Origin: a virus
Taxonomy: Duplodnaviria; Caudoviricetes
Virus record (IMG/VR): IMGVR_UViG_3300037137_000910
Location: 1 to 42,418 of that record
Length of the DNA: 42,418 nucleotides
Direction: 5' to 3' (one strand)
A program made the translations under genes and the position numbers. Below, piece after piece: positions 1 through 8,490 of the stretch; positions within the stretch are counted from its first letter, which is position 1, and the number at the start of each line of letters is the position of its first letter. A model generated the notes under the pieces. The model saw nothing but the letters and a program-made list of their open reading frames with translations, made no database searches and had not been told where the DNA came from.

Positions 1-127
1 GGCACGTGGGCCAAACGACCCACGGCTTATTGCGGTAGACCTTCGGAGCGCCAGCGGCATTGATCTGCGTCTTGAATCGATAGGCCCCGCGGGTGTGCAG
101 GATGATAGGCTTGGCCTCGGGAATCAT
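1..127. repeat. Terminal direct repeat, copy 1 (circular assembly overlap)
   Basis: Identical to 42292-42418; 127 bp is a typical assembler k-mer length and an ORF reads through the junction. Confidence 0.97.
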
Positions 128-1258
128 CGCCTCGCAGATGCCCGCGATAAACGTATACTCCGGCGGAAGTTCCTGGAAGCGGACGCCGGGGACCGTAGAC
201 ATTGCCATTTCGAGCGTCCGCTGGTCCCATGCCTCGCGGCCGTCGGGTAGCACGTCGGGGTATTTCTCGTTAATCTCTACCCAGCGGCGCACAAGCTGGC
301 GGGCGGCGTCCGTATCCCCGAAGTAGACGGTCCCGGAAAGGAAGTCCCCCGCGCCGACAGCCGGCGTCGGCAGATGCACCGCGGCCACGTCTACATCGCG
401 GCGCATGTTCAAGAGCGCTTCGGGCCGCTGCACTACAATGGCGTCAACGTCCACGTAGACCAGCGGGCGGGAGGCAAACTTGACCTGCATTTCGCGGATG
501 AACTTGGCTTTGTACTGAGTGTTCTTTTGCCATGACCCGAGGCTATCAATCGGGTGCAGGTAGTAGGGCAACCCGTGCGCCTCCAGGGATAGGCGGAGCA
601 ACTTGGCTTCATCGGCATACGGCGTGTCCACCGTGTAGAAGCCGATGAACAGCGGCGGCTTGGCGGTAGCCTTGTCCGCCGGCGTGGCGGGCGCGCCGTG
701 AACTTGGACGGCCGCGCTAACCGGGATGCTGGCGAGATAAGCGTCCGTGATCTGGTGCGTATTGCCGCCCAGGTCACGGACGTATAGCCCGTCAGGGAAC
801 AGCTTGGCAAAGGCGAGGCAGCCCTGGATATGCTGCTTCTGGACTAGACCCTCGTGGCCCTCGCCCCACAGGGCGTCCATGCCGACGATGGTAGCCTTGC
901 GATAACCCTTCTTGCGGAGCCAGTCGAGCGCGCAGAACGTGGAACTTGAATACTTGCCGACCAGTTCAAGGCACTTGTCCGGCTCCTCCATGGCCCGGAG
1001 GTTGGCGACGTGTTCCGCTTGGACGTGCCAGCCCTTGAACTCGCCCCAGTCCTTTTGCATGGCAAAGGGGCAGTCAACGGAATAGGCGGCGTCTACGTGC
1101 GCGCCACTGGCCTTGGTGTGCGCCAGGAATCCAGCATTGAGGCAGACGGAATAGGCGGAGTCGGGCGGGTTGTAGCCCTCTGCGCTCGGCCCATTGCAGA
1201 TCAGCACGGCCTCGCCCTGGCCGGTGGGCCGGTTGGGGTGGACTGTGAGGTCACTCAT
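1..1258 (-). CDS. 5' part of a 624-aa multidomain glycosyltransferase (Maf/sialyltransferase-like domain + DxD GT-A domain); continues into 41675-42418
   Basis: Manual translation from ATG 1258 (MSDLTVHPNRPTG...) is stop-free to position 1 and in frame with ORF 41675..42418. Motifs AVLICNGPS, SSTFCALDWL..KGYRKATIVGMD, LVYVDVDA, FLSGTVYF, WDQ. Absent from the ORF track. Confidence 0.9.
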   Translation of the reverse strand, partial: MSDLTVHPNRPTGQGEAVLICNGPSAEGYNPPDSAYSVCLNAGFLAHTKASGAHVDAAYSVDCPFAMQKDWGEFKGWHVQAEHVANLRAMEEPDKCLELVGKYSSSTFCALDWLRKKGYRKATIVGMDALWGEGHEGLVQKQHIQGCLAFAKLFPDGLYVRDLGGNTHQITDAYLASIPVSAAVQVHGAPATPADKATAKPPLFIGFYTVDTPYADEAKLLRLSLEAHGLPYYLHPIDSLGSWQKNTQYKAKFIREMQVKFASRPLVYVDVDAIVVQRPEALLNMRRDVDVAAVHLPTPAVGAGDFLSGTVYFGDTDAARQLVRRWVEINEKYPDVLPDGREAWDQRTLEMAMSTVPGVRFQELPPEYTFIAGICEAMIPEAKPIILHTRGAYRFKTQINAAGAPKVYRNKPWVVWPTC

Positions 1259-1457
1259 TGGGCATCACGATCAGGCGCTTTTGCAGCGCCTCAAGGCAAG
1301 CTACACCAGTGACCCGGCCGATAACCCGGATCGGCTCGGGCATCTTCTCAAGGTCGCCGGCCTGCCAGGTAAAGACTTCGGGGCCGCCGATGCGTTCGCC
1401 GGCGTCGTTTAGCGCCTCGACCGTTACGCGCAACCCGTTAGTGCGCTCGGCAACCAT
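1251..1457 (-). CDS. Hypothetical protein (68 aa)
   Basis: Overlaps both neighbours (TGATG and ATGAGTGA coupling). Confidence 0.65.
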   Translation of the reverse strand: MVAERTNGLRVTVEALNDAGERIGGPEVFTWQAGDLEKMPEPIRVIGRVTGVACLEALQKRLIVMPNE

Positions 1458-1681
1458 CAGAACCTCAGCATGTCGTCAACGATGCGGTTGGGCATGAACT
1501 TACCCATTTTCTGCATGTAGTCATACCGATAGCGCGAGAGGCAGTCCCAGCACAGCCAGCGGGCTACACCCTTGTAGTCGCCGCGCAGCGTATTCATCCC
1601 GCCCCTGCCGCACTCGCGGCACTTGCGGGCGGAGAGCGGGACCGTATCCGCCCGAATCTCGCGCATACTGAAAGCGGCCAT
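1457..1681 (-). CDS. Small CxxC..CxxC zinc-ribbon protein
   Basis: CRECG and CWDC; probable start ATG 1681 after GGAGA. Confidence 0.65.
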   Translation of the reverse strand: MAAFSMREIRADTVPLSARKCRECGRGGMNTLRGDYKGVARWLCWDCLSRYRYDYMQKMGKFMPNRIVDDMLRF

Positions 1682-1689
1682 CTTGTCTC

Positions 1690-1729
1690 CGGGGCTTGGG
1701 GGGCGGCCCAATTGCCGCCCCCTTGCCCG
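1690..1729 (-). promoter_or_regulatory. GC-rich stem-loop after the capsid gene (step-down/processing element, no U-tract)
   Basis: GGGGGCGGC (1699-1707) / GCCGCCCCC (1714-1722) with flanking extension. Confidence 0.55.
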
Positions 1730-1737
1730 TGTAGTAA

Positions 1738-2778
1738 CTAGCCGTCGCGGCTGTAGACCTCGCAGACGCCGACATCGCGGTGGTCGAAGCTGAACGCCTC
1801 AGCCCAATAGGTCGAAGCGTAAAGCTCGGCATCCGTCGGGTTGGCCTTGCTCGCCAGCGCCCAATCCATGCCGTAAACGCCCACGGCGAACAGCCCCTCA
1901 ATCGTGACGCGCTTGGACCTAACCGAGCGCTCGATGAGGTCCGGGGTGACAGTCAGAAGCGGGCTGTCAATGCCCGGCATGACCCAGCAGGAGCCGGGGC
2001 AGAGGATGAAGTTGCGGTAGTTGTAGCTACCGGCAGTGACCAGGACGGCCGGGGTATCGTCATCCACGCACAGACGCATCCCGCCGATGGCCTCAAGCCC
2101 CTTGCCGACATCCTCCTTGGACTCGACAAACACGCGGATAAGGCCGCCGCTGTTGGACCCGGACACGATGTCCTGGGACAGCGAGCGGGCGCCCGCGCTG
2201 TGAACCACGAAAGCCACGGCGTCGGAGCCGCGGTCACCCATGAGGCTCTTGGCGTAGATGAGCCGGCTCAGGGTGAGGGTCTTGACGGTAAGGCCGGTCA
2301 GATCGTAGAGGTGCTGGCCGCCGGTGGACTGCTTGGCGATAACGCCGGTCAGCGCCTGGTACAGAGAGGTCTTGGCGAAGCGGGCCGCGCCCTTGCCGAA
2401 GTTCTCGGCCAACTCGGCAACCAGCTCCGGCTCAGTCTTCTTGTAGCCGTAGCGGGCCATGGCCAGGAACTCAAGCGGGGTGGCCGGGGCGAAGGTGCGG
2501 ACGGGGCCGCGCCCACGAACCGAAGTGGGGCCGGCGAGCGCGTCAACGGCCGTGGTGGCGGTCGTGTCAACGCGGGTCACGGTCCCCTGGTAGACGAACC
2601 GCGGATTCTCGGCCGCGAGTTCGGGCTTGACCTCGGCGTTAGCCGGGTGGAACTCAATGCCGCCATAGAAAGCGGCGTCGTACTGAGCCAGCTTGGCCCA
2701 GAATGCAGCCTGTGCATACGGGGAGAGCTGCTGAAGCTGTGCACCAGCAGCAGAACTAACAGCAGGAGTAGTCGCCAT
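1738..2778 (-). CDS. Major capsid protein
   Basis: 346 aa, follows portal and scaffold; AKSLMGD...FVVHS, CVDD and ANPTDAELYASTYW resemble phage coat proteins. Confidence 0.8.
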   Translation of the reverse strand: MATTPAVSSAAGAQLQQLSPYAQAAFWAKLAQYDAAFYGGIEFHPANAEVKPELAAENPRFVYQGTVTRVDTTATTAVDALAGPTSVRGRGPVRTFAPATPLEFLAMARYGYKKTEPELVAELAENFGKGAARFAKTSLYQALTGVIAKQSTGGQHLYDLTGLTVKTLTLSRLIYAKSLMGDRGSDAVAFVVHSAGARSLSQDIVSGSNSGGLIRVFVESKEDVGKGLEAIGGMRLCVDDDTPAVLVTAGSYNYRNFILCPGSCWVMPGIDSPLLTVTPDLIERSVRSKRVTIEGLFAVGVYGMDWALASKANPTDAELYASTYWAEAFSFDHRDVGVCEVYSRDG

Positions 2779-2790
2779 GGGATTGTTCCT

Positions 2791-3552
2791 TTAGAGTTTG
2801 TCGCGCCCCGCGGGCCTTGCGCCCTTGGGTAGCGCGTCGAATGCCTCTTGGCCGTACTGAGCGATAAACACGCTCATGGCCGCCGGATTGCGAGAAACGA
2901 CCGAACGGCCAGCGGCATCCGTGCTTGTGCTCCACATGAGCTCGGCCTGGGTCTTCGGCATGTTGGACGGGCTAAACCCGCCCTTGTCCGTGCCGGCGCC
3001 AGAGCCGGGCCGCGCGGTAGCTTCCAGCAGATCATCCTTGCCTTTGAGGAAGTTGGCGAGGTAGTCTTTTAGCGGAACCTCGCTGTCCTTGGGGCCGATG
3101 TAGAGGTTGCCCTGTTCATCCTCGCGGGCCTGTGCGGAAAGGGCCGTGACTAGCAACTCGCGGGCGGACGCGGTGACGTGTGAATCGGCAATAGCCTTTT
3201 CCACAAGCCCCTTGATAGCGCGCGCGTGTTCCCTTTGATAAGCGGCCTCCATGGTCTTTAGCCGCTCGTTGACTTCGGCCACTTTCACCTTATCCGGGTT
3301 GACCTTGCTGGCGTCGTCGCCGTCCTTGGGGGTGTCGGCGTTACCCTTCAGCATCGCGGTGATTTCCTCTTTCAGCGAGGCCGAGTAGCGCTTTCCCATG
3401 CCCGTAACCTGTTCGGAGAGCTTGGGTAGCAACTTAGTGGCGACGCTTTCCACGAGTTCGTCAATGCTAATGCTGGGCGCGTTGGCGGGCGCTCCATCCC
3501 CGGCAGGCTTTACGGCGCCTGCATCGCCGCCCGTGGTATTCTCCACGCTCAT
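2791..3552 (-). CDS. Capsid scaffolding protein
   Basis: Helical, charged protein with RPGSGAG motif, directly upstream of the capsid gene. Confidence 0.7.
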   Translation of the reverse strand: MSVENTTGGDAGAVKPAGDGAPANAPSISIDELVESVATKLLPKLSEQVTGMGKRYSASLKEEITAMLKGNADTPKDGDDASKVNPDKVKVAEVNERLKTMEAAYQREHARAIKGLVEKAIADSHVTASARELLVTALSAQAREDEQGNLYIGPKDSEVPLKDYLANFLKGKDDLLEATARPGSGAGTDKGGFSPSNMPKTQAELMWSTSTDAAGRSVVSRNPAAMSVFIAQYGQEAFDALPKGARPAGRDKL

Positions 3553-3595
3553 GATTGGCTCCTAGCCTTTCGGCTCCACCCGGCTACGGGCCGGG

Positions 3596-4207
3596 TCATT
3601 TGTGCGTCAACAGTGCAATCGTTTGTGCGCGGGCGCGGATTCGCAACCCCGCAAAAGCTAGTTCCCGAGAGGCGCTTTCGCCGCTCACGCCCCACTTACC
3701 GCCCAACATGGCGTCCATCCAAAACTTCTTCTGTTGTACGGCAATGTCGCGGTCTATCCGCTGGTCGCGGCGAAGGGCCGACAGGGTAAGTTGGCCGGAC
3801 TTGTGCCGTTGCACGGCCGCGCGGATATCCGCGTTAACACCCTTCGCAATCTGTTCTTTTGGTTGCCCCGTAACGTTAGCAACGTTTGCGACGGCCAGGG
3901 ACAACCCCGTATTGTCTTGCGCCGCCCGGAAAATCGCCATCTGTTCCTTAGACGCCGGCCGCTGTCCGCGTGATACTGCGACGGCGGCGGCGCGCGCATC
4001 GGCCTTGCTGGTATATTCCCCGACGGGGTGACTCTGCCCCTCAATGTCCTTGACGCTTACGCGATAGGTTCCCTTGCCGGTGGGGGTTATGAACTCGACT
4101 TGCTTCCCGCCGGACCCGATCCCGCGGCTCCCCGGCCCCTTCGGCATAAACTCGCCGCCCTTGCCGATGTAGACGTGCTGGCCGGAGTCAAGCGTCACCC
4201 ACGGCAT
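3596..4207 (-). CDS. Head-associated hypothetical protein with N-terminal WVTxxxGxHVxI motif
   Basis: Sits between portal and scaffold; starts MPWVTLDSGQHVYIGKGG. Confidence 0.65.
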   Translation of the reverse strand: MPWVTLDSGQHVYIGKGGEFMPKGPGSRGIGSGGKQVEFITPTGKGTYRVSVKDIEGQSHPVGEYTSKADARAAAVAVSRGQRPASKEQMAIFRAAQDNTGLSLAVANVANVTGQPKEQIAKGVNADIRAAVQRHKSGQLTLSALRRDQRIDRDIAVQQKKFWMDAMLGGKWGVSGESASRELAFAGLRIRARAQTIALLTHK

Positions 4208-5782
4208 TTACTTGCCCTCCGGCTTGAGCTTTGCGGGCGGGAAGCCGGGCTTCTTGGGTTGCGCGCCGCCCATAAGGTCGGGAGGTTCGGGCGCGCTCAT
4301 GTCGGCCTTTTCAATCTCGGCATGTGCTTTCTTGTGGAGTTCGTCGGGCGCGTTGGGGAAGCTTTCCTTGCCGGCCTGCTTCCACGCTTCCTTCGCATAG
4401 GTCGGGGACACCGGCTCGCCTTGCGGGCCGCGTTGCCAAACCTGGGCGCGGCTCAGGGCGCGTTCCGGGGCCTGGCCGACGAAGCCGGCCTTGCGGTATT
4501 CGACGGCCTTGTCTTCGGTGATACCCCTGTCGAGCTTGACCAGCTCGACCATGTCGTTTTCAATCTGCTCGGCCAGGGCGGCAAGGCCCTTGAGTGTGCA
4601 GCCTTCGCCGACCTCGAATTCAACTTGCACTTGCGCGGCGCTGTTCGCCATGCCCGCCGCGTCCTTGCCGGGGGCGGGCTGTGAGCTGCGGCCGTCAATC
4701 CCGGCCTTGGTAAGAATGTCCTGTTTGTAATGCAGATAGGCGATCCAGTTACGGTCCTGGCCGGTTCCCTGGACTTCGAGCCAGGCCATGTCCTCTTTCG
4801 GGTTGTCCTTGTCTCCGGGGTCTAGTTCGTGATAGCAGTTGGGGGAAACGTTGGCATCGGCCTTAGATTGACCCGGACCAGTTAGTGGGTTGGGCCGCTT
4901 CCACCATTTTAGGTGCGGGTGGCCCGTTAGATAGCTGTCCCATCGGTGCAGGGATATGGCGTGGAATGCTCCCATTTCAGCCATCATGCACTCGATAAGC
5001 GGGGTGCGGCTGTCTATCGGGTCTCCGAGAATCTTGCGCCAGCGGGCTACAACCACGGGCAGGCGCTTGGCGGCGGTAATGCCGTCTGAGTACGGGATAG
5101 GCTCGGGGCTCAGGTTTTCCAGCTTCTCCGGGTCACCTTTCTTGGTGATGATCTTCCAGAGCGTGATACCCTTGAGGTCAATCTCGCGGATTTCCTCAAC
5201 TTGGGTGGTATCATCCTCGCGCCGCAGGCTGGACGTAACGCGCACGTAGATCAGCTTGCCGCGGCCATCTGCCCGCCAATCCAGAATGCGCTCCGCGGGG
5301 TACAGGGCGAAGTAAGGCAGGTCAACGCCTTGCGCCTTTTCGTCGGCTCTGTTCTTGACCGCCGCCGGGTCAAATACGGGACGGTCCATGAGCAGCAGCG
5401 CGTAACGCTTCCAAGAGCAGTCCTGGGCCGCCTCGCGGGCCATGTCCTCAAGCGGTTCGCCGTCGGGTCCGGCGCGGTCTATGAAGTCCTTGAGCGCGGC
5501 GTCCGCAAAGTCCCGGCGGGGCTCTTCTGACCAGACTACGTTAGTGACCCGTTCCACAATTCGGGGCGTGTCCGGGCTGTAGTCAGTGAGCTTGGCGCGC
5601 TGCGTAAAGGCGTTGGCGTCTTCGGTTCCGCCCTGGTCGTTCAAGAACCGCTTGCGGGTTGCGAGGTCCGAGAGCCGCCCATTGCGGAGCGCGTCGGCCC
5701 ATGCCCACTCCTCGCCATAGGCGTCATGGAGCGCGTTCTTGGCGCGGAGCTTTTTGATCTGCTCGTTCATGTCAACGGGCAT
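4208..5782 (-). CDS. Portal protein
   Basis: 524 aa directly after TerL; PYFALYPAERILDWR segment typical of SPP1/DUF4055-like portals. Confidence 0.8.
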   Translation of the reverse strand: MPVDMNEQIKKLRAKNALHDAYGEEWAWADALRNGRLSDLATRKRFLNDQGGTEDANAFTQRAKLTDYSPDTPRIVERVTNVVWSEEPRRDFADAALKDFIDRAGPDGEPLEDMAREAAQDCSWKRYALLLMDRPVFDPAAVKNRADEKAQGVDLPYFALYPAERILDWRADGRGKLIYVRVTSSLRREDDTTQVEEIREIDLKGITLWKIITKKGDPEKLENLSPEPIPYSDGITAAKRLPVVVARWRKILGDPIDSRTPLIECMMAEMGAFHAISLHRWDSYLTGHPHLKWWKRPNPLTGPGQSKADANVSPNCYHELDPGDKDNPKEDMAWLEVQGTGQDRNWIAYLHYKQDILTKAGIDGRSSQPAPGKDAAGMANSAAQVQVEFEVGEGCTLKGLAALAEQIENDMVELVKLDRGITEDKAVEYRKAGFVGQAPERALSRAQVWQRGPQGEPVSPTYAKEAWKQAGKESFPNAPDELHKKAHAEIEKADMSAPEPPDLMGGAQPKKPGFPPAKLKPEGK

Positions 5783-5785
5783 TGA

Positions 5786-7054
5786 CTACCAACCTTTCGG
5801 GAAGGGGTTAGCGTTGACGTTGCCGGTTTGACCCCGGCCCGACAACCCCCATACGGCGAGGGCCAGCGAGATAACGCAGTCATCATGGCGGCCTTCGGGG
5901 GCGCCGAACTTGGGCTTGCCCTGCGGGCCTATGACCATTTCGAAGTCCTGGAGTTCGGACACCAGCGTCTTGAACACGTCGCCCTCTTCGGGGATGCCGA
6001 GGCCGCCGGGCGTCTCAATGGTCAGTTGCAGGCGGCGGATAAGGGCGGACTTGCTCTCTTGGGTGAACGTGTAGGGGTTAAGTGACATACCCTGGACGCG
6101 CAACTGCTCTACCACTGGGACGCCAACACCCGTCGAGTCCACCCATACCGGCCCCGGATATAGGCGGGTCACGGTGGGGGCCAGGAGCGCGGCTTGCTCC
6201 AGGTAGGGCATCTTCTGGAGCCGGGTCATCTGCGCTATCCGCCGGCTGGCAACGTCAATCGTGGTTAGGACCGTCCAGTCCTGAGACTGGGCCAGGTCGA
6301 GCCCGTGAACGTAGACGGCGTTGCGGCGGGGCTCTTGGAAGCCGCCCGTGACCATGCGCTCTTCCAGCTTAGGGAAGCACGTGGCGCGGTTCTCAAGGAA
6401 CTCAGCAAGGCACTCTTGCCGGAAGAGGTCTTTTGGCATGGACGTTTGCATTACGGGCCACTCGGCCTCGGGGAACAGCGGGTTGGCGTTAGTAGGCATT
6501 TGCCAAGAGGCGGTATCCGCGGCTCCGTCCTTGCCCTTGCGCCATTCGTCGTACCACCAGTTGCGACCTCGCGGTGTCCCGGCTGTCAGAATGCGCCCCT
6601 GTCTGTCCGCAACCGTGGGGCGAAGGGCACTGGCGTACCACGGCCCATAGAACTGTGCGGCCTCATCAATGCAGAGCAAGTCAAGCCCCGCCCCGCGAAG
6701 GTTATCCTCGCGGTCACCAGTGCGGATTTCGAATACCGACCCGTTGACCAGCTCTAGGATCGGCGGGCGCTCAGAGCAGCGTTGAATCAGCTTGACGCCG
6801 GCCTTTGCCTCGATGGAGCGCAGCACGGGGATAAGGCTGGTGGGGTTGCGGTCCCAAACCTCAGCGCCCTGTTGGTAAATCGGCGTGACCAGCCATGCGC
6901 GCTTGCGGGGCTGCAAGATGCACTCAAGAATGGCCGTAGAGAGCAGCGCCGACTTGCCCCAGCGCCGGCCGCAAGAGACGTGCCGGAACCGCGCCGGGCT
7001 GGCGAGTATTTCACGCTGTCCGCAGTGAGGCGCATAAGGCATGGCGACTTCCAT
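5786..7054 (-). CDS. terL: Terminase large subunit
   Basis: Walker A CGRRWGKS, Walker B LCIDEAA, GTPRG, nuclease GLDLA and HDDCVISLALA. Confidence 0.96.
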   Translation of the reverse strand: MEVAMPYAPHCGQREILASPARFRHVSCGRRWGKSALLSTAILECILQPRKRAWLVTPIYQQGAEVWDRNPTSLIPVLRSIEAKAGVKLIQRCSERPPILELVNGSVFEIRTGDREDNLRGAGLDLLCIDEAAQFYGPWYASALRPTVADRQGRILTAGTPRGRNWWYDEWRKGKDGAADTASWQMPTNANPLFPEAEWPVMQTSMPKDLFRQECLAEFLENRATCFPKLEERMVTGGFQEPRRNAVYVHGLDLAQSQDWTVLTTIDVASRRIAQMTRLQKMPYLEQAALLAPTVTRLYPGPVWVDSTGVGVPVVEQLRVQGMSLNPYTFTQESKSALIRRLQLTIETPGGLGIPEEGDVFKTLVSELQDFEMVIGPQGKPKFGAPEGRHDDCVISLALAVWGLSGRGQTGNVNANPFPKGW

Positions 7055-7416
7055 TAGGCGGGCTTCTCCGGCCAGGTGAGCTTGACCACCAGCGGTTCAC
7101 CGTTACCGCCGGTTACTTCAATGGCTTGCGGGGCCTTACCCATAAGTCGCTCGAAAAAGGTTGCGGCCGCTTTGGGGTCTCCGCGATGTGCAACCACCGT
7201 ATGGCACTTGGGGCAAGTGACTTCCTTGCCCTCAAGTGCCGAGTCAATGACCTCTTGCCAGACGGCCAGGAACTGCTCTTGAGTAGTGGCTTCTTGCAGG
7301 AGCCGCCCCCAGCGTTGCGCTTTGCCAGAGCCGTCTGGACGCCCCGGGCCGCCGGGGTTGCCCTTGATGAATGTGCCGTCTGGATTTCGGTCGGGCGCTT
7401 CCGTTTCTGGATTCAT
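7054..7416 (-). CDS. terS: Terminase small subunit
   Basis: GTFIKGNPGGPGRP N-terminus, GKAPQ...EVTG C-terminus, abuts TerL; CPKC insert. Confidence 0.8.
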   Translation of the reverse strand: MNPETEAPDRNPDGTFIKGNPGGPGRPDGSGKAQRWGRLLQEATTQEQFLAVWQEVIDSALEGKEVTCPKCHTVVAHRGDPKAAATFFERLMGKAPQAIEVTGGNGEPLVVKLTWPEKPA

Positions 7417-7431
7417 TGCTTTAGTTCCGTT

Positions 7432-7506
7432 TGGAGCCGACCCAAGGACTTGAACCTTGAACGTCCTGGATACGGGCCAGGTGCTCTGCCGTTGAGCTAG
7501 GCCGGC
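7432..7506 (-). tRNA. tRNA-Thr(CGT)-like with atypical anticodon loop
   Basis: GCCGGCC/GGTCGGC acceptor stem + TCCA, GCTC/GAGC D-arm, CCTGG-CCCGTAT-CCAGG anticodon arm, CAAGG-TTCAAGT-CCTTG T-arm. Confidence 0.88.
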
Positions 7507-7616
7507 TCGCGGAGTTCATCGCGTAGTCAGCCCCCATGTGTACTTGACCGTGATTCCGAATACGGCCATCAGCGCGGGTATCGCGCCGCGTTCATCAGTA
7601 GCCGGGGCGGCCGGCG

Positions 7617-7672
7617 GGTGATACGGGTGTTTCTGCCCCGCCGGTCTGCCCGCGGCGATACGGGCGTTTCTG
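7617..7672. repeat. Two 19-bp direct repeats in the late leader
   Basis: GGTGATACGGGTGTTTCTG (7617-7635) and GGCGATACGGGCGTTTCTG (7654-7672). Confidence 0.8.
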
Positions 7673-7773
7673 GTCAGGCGGCCGCCCTTAGCCGTTGCGG
7701 CTTTCGCCGCTCTGGTCTTCACAATGTCCACCTACAAGTATAAAGGGGGCGTATAAATGGAGATTTTTGCCGA

Positions 7774-8028
7774 TTAAATCTTCCCCCGCTTGCACTTTTT
7801 GACCTTTTTCCGGAAGGCGTCTAGGCGGTCCCGGATGGTTTTGCGACTTACGCCTAGCAACCGGGCGGCGTCTTTTTGCTTCATTCCGGGCTGGAGCCCT
7901 ATGCACAATTCGGCGGCTTCCCGTTGCTTGGGGGTACAACAACAGCCGAAGTGAGCGGTCACGTCAAGCTCGGCAACGGCCAGTTCCCCGGCCTCTATGG
8001 CTTGGCGAACATTGAGCGGGTCAATCAT
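7774..8028 (-). CDS. Sigma70 region-4-like HTH protein, probable late-gene regulator
   Basis: TPKQREAAEL...MKQKDAARLLGVSRKTIRDRL; last early gene before the packaging genes. Confidence 0.75.
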   Translation of the reverse strand: MIDPLNVRQAIEAGELAVAELDVTAHFGCCCTPKQREAAELCIGLQPGMKQKDAARLLGVSRKTIRDRLDAFRKKVKKCKRGKI

Positions 8029-8270
8029 CTTTTCCTGTGCCTACCCTCTACCGCGCGATAAACGTCATCGCGCTTAGCCTCGCGAATAGCCAAGAGTTCC
8101 TCTAGTTCCGCGTCACGCGGGCCGTTGCATCCGAGGGCCAAGAACGCTTCCGCCCGTTCCTTGGCGTCCGGCATACACGCATGGCAAAGCGTATCGCGGT
8201 TGTATGAATTTAGCTTTTTGCCGCACTTGCGGCATCGGCGCGCCTTGCGCTTGCGGGGCTTGTCAGGCAT
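8025..8270 (-). CDS. Zinc-finger protein
   Basis: CRKCG..LNSYN...CHAC. Confidence 0.7.
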   Translation of the reverse strand: MPDKPRKRKARRCRKCGKKLNSYNRDTLCHACMPDAKERAEAFLALGCNGPRDAELEELLAIREAKRDDVYRAVEGRHRKR

Positions 8271-8490
8271 CGGCTTCCCTTTCGGCTTCGAGTTCTCGGC
8301 GTTCTAGTTCGCAGGCGATGATGGCCCCGGCTTGCCGGAGTACCATGTCTGCCGGGGTCTTGACGGCGCTATCGTGCATGGCGGCGATGGATTGCCACCA
8401 GCCCAGTTCGTCGCGCTCCATGGCCCACATTTCGTCGGCTATGGACGTAAGCAGGGCGAGCCGGGCGCGCTTGACGGGGCTAAGGGGCAT
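8263..8490 (-). CDS. Hypothetical protein
   Basis: Coupled overlaps with neighbours. Confidence 0.6.
   Translation of the reverse strand: MPLSPVKRARLALLTSIADEMWAMERDELGWWQSIAAMHDSAVKTPADMVLRQAGAIIACELERRELEAEREADA

Noticed and set aside
1-127. Biological terminal repeat or att site
   Set aside because: 127 bp matches an assembler k-mer overlap and lies mid-gene; treated as a circularisation artefact
433-1077. ORF-track calls 433-810 and 844-1077 on the minus strand
   Set aside because: Out-of-frame shadows of the real 1258-to-junction glycosyltransferase
1780-2832. 350-aa plus-strand ORF antisense to the capsid gene (likewise 10728-11579, 30468-31295, 40992-41666 and others)
   Set aside because: Typical stop-poor antisense frames of GC3-rich genes; no motifs or RBS
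7585-7672. Hammerhead ribozyme (CTGATGA plus GAAAC...GTA on the minus strand)
   Set aside because: Stem II cannot close (A opposite A) and stem I is broken next to the core
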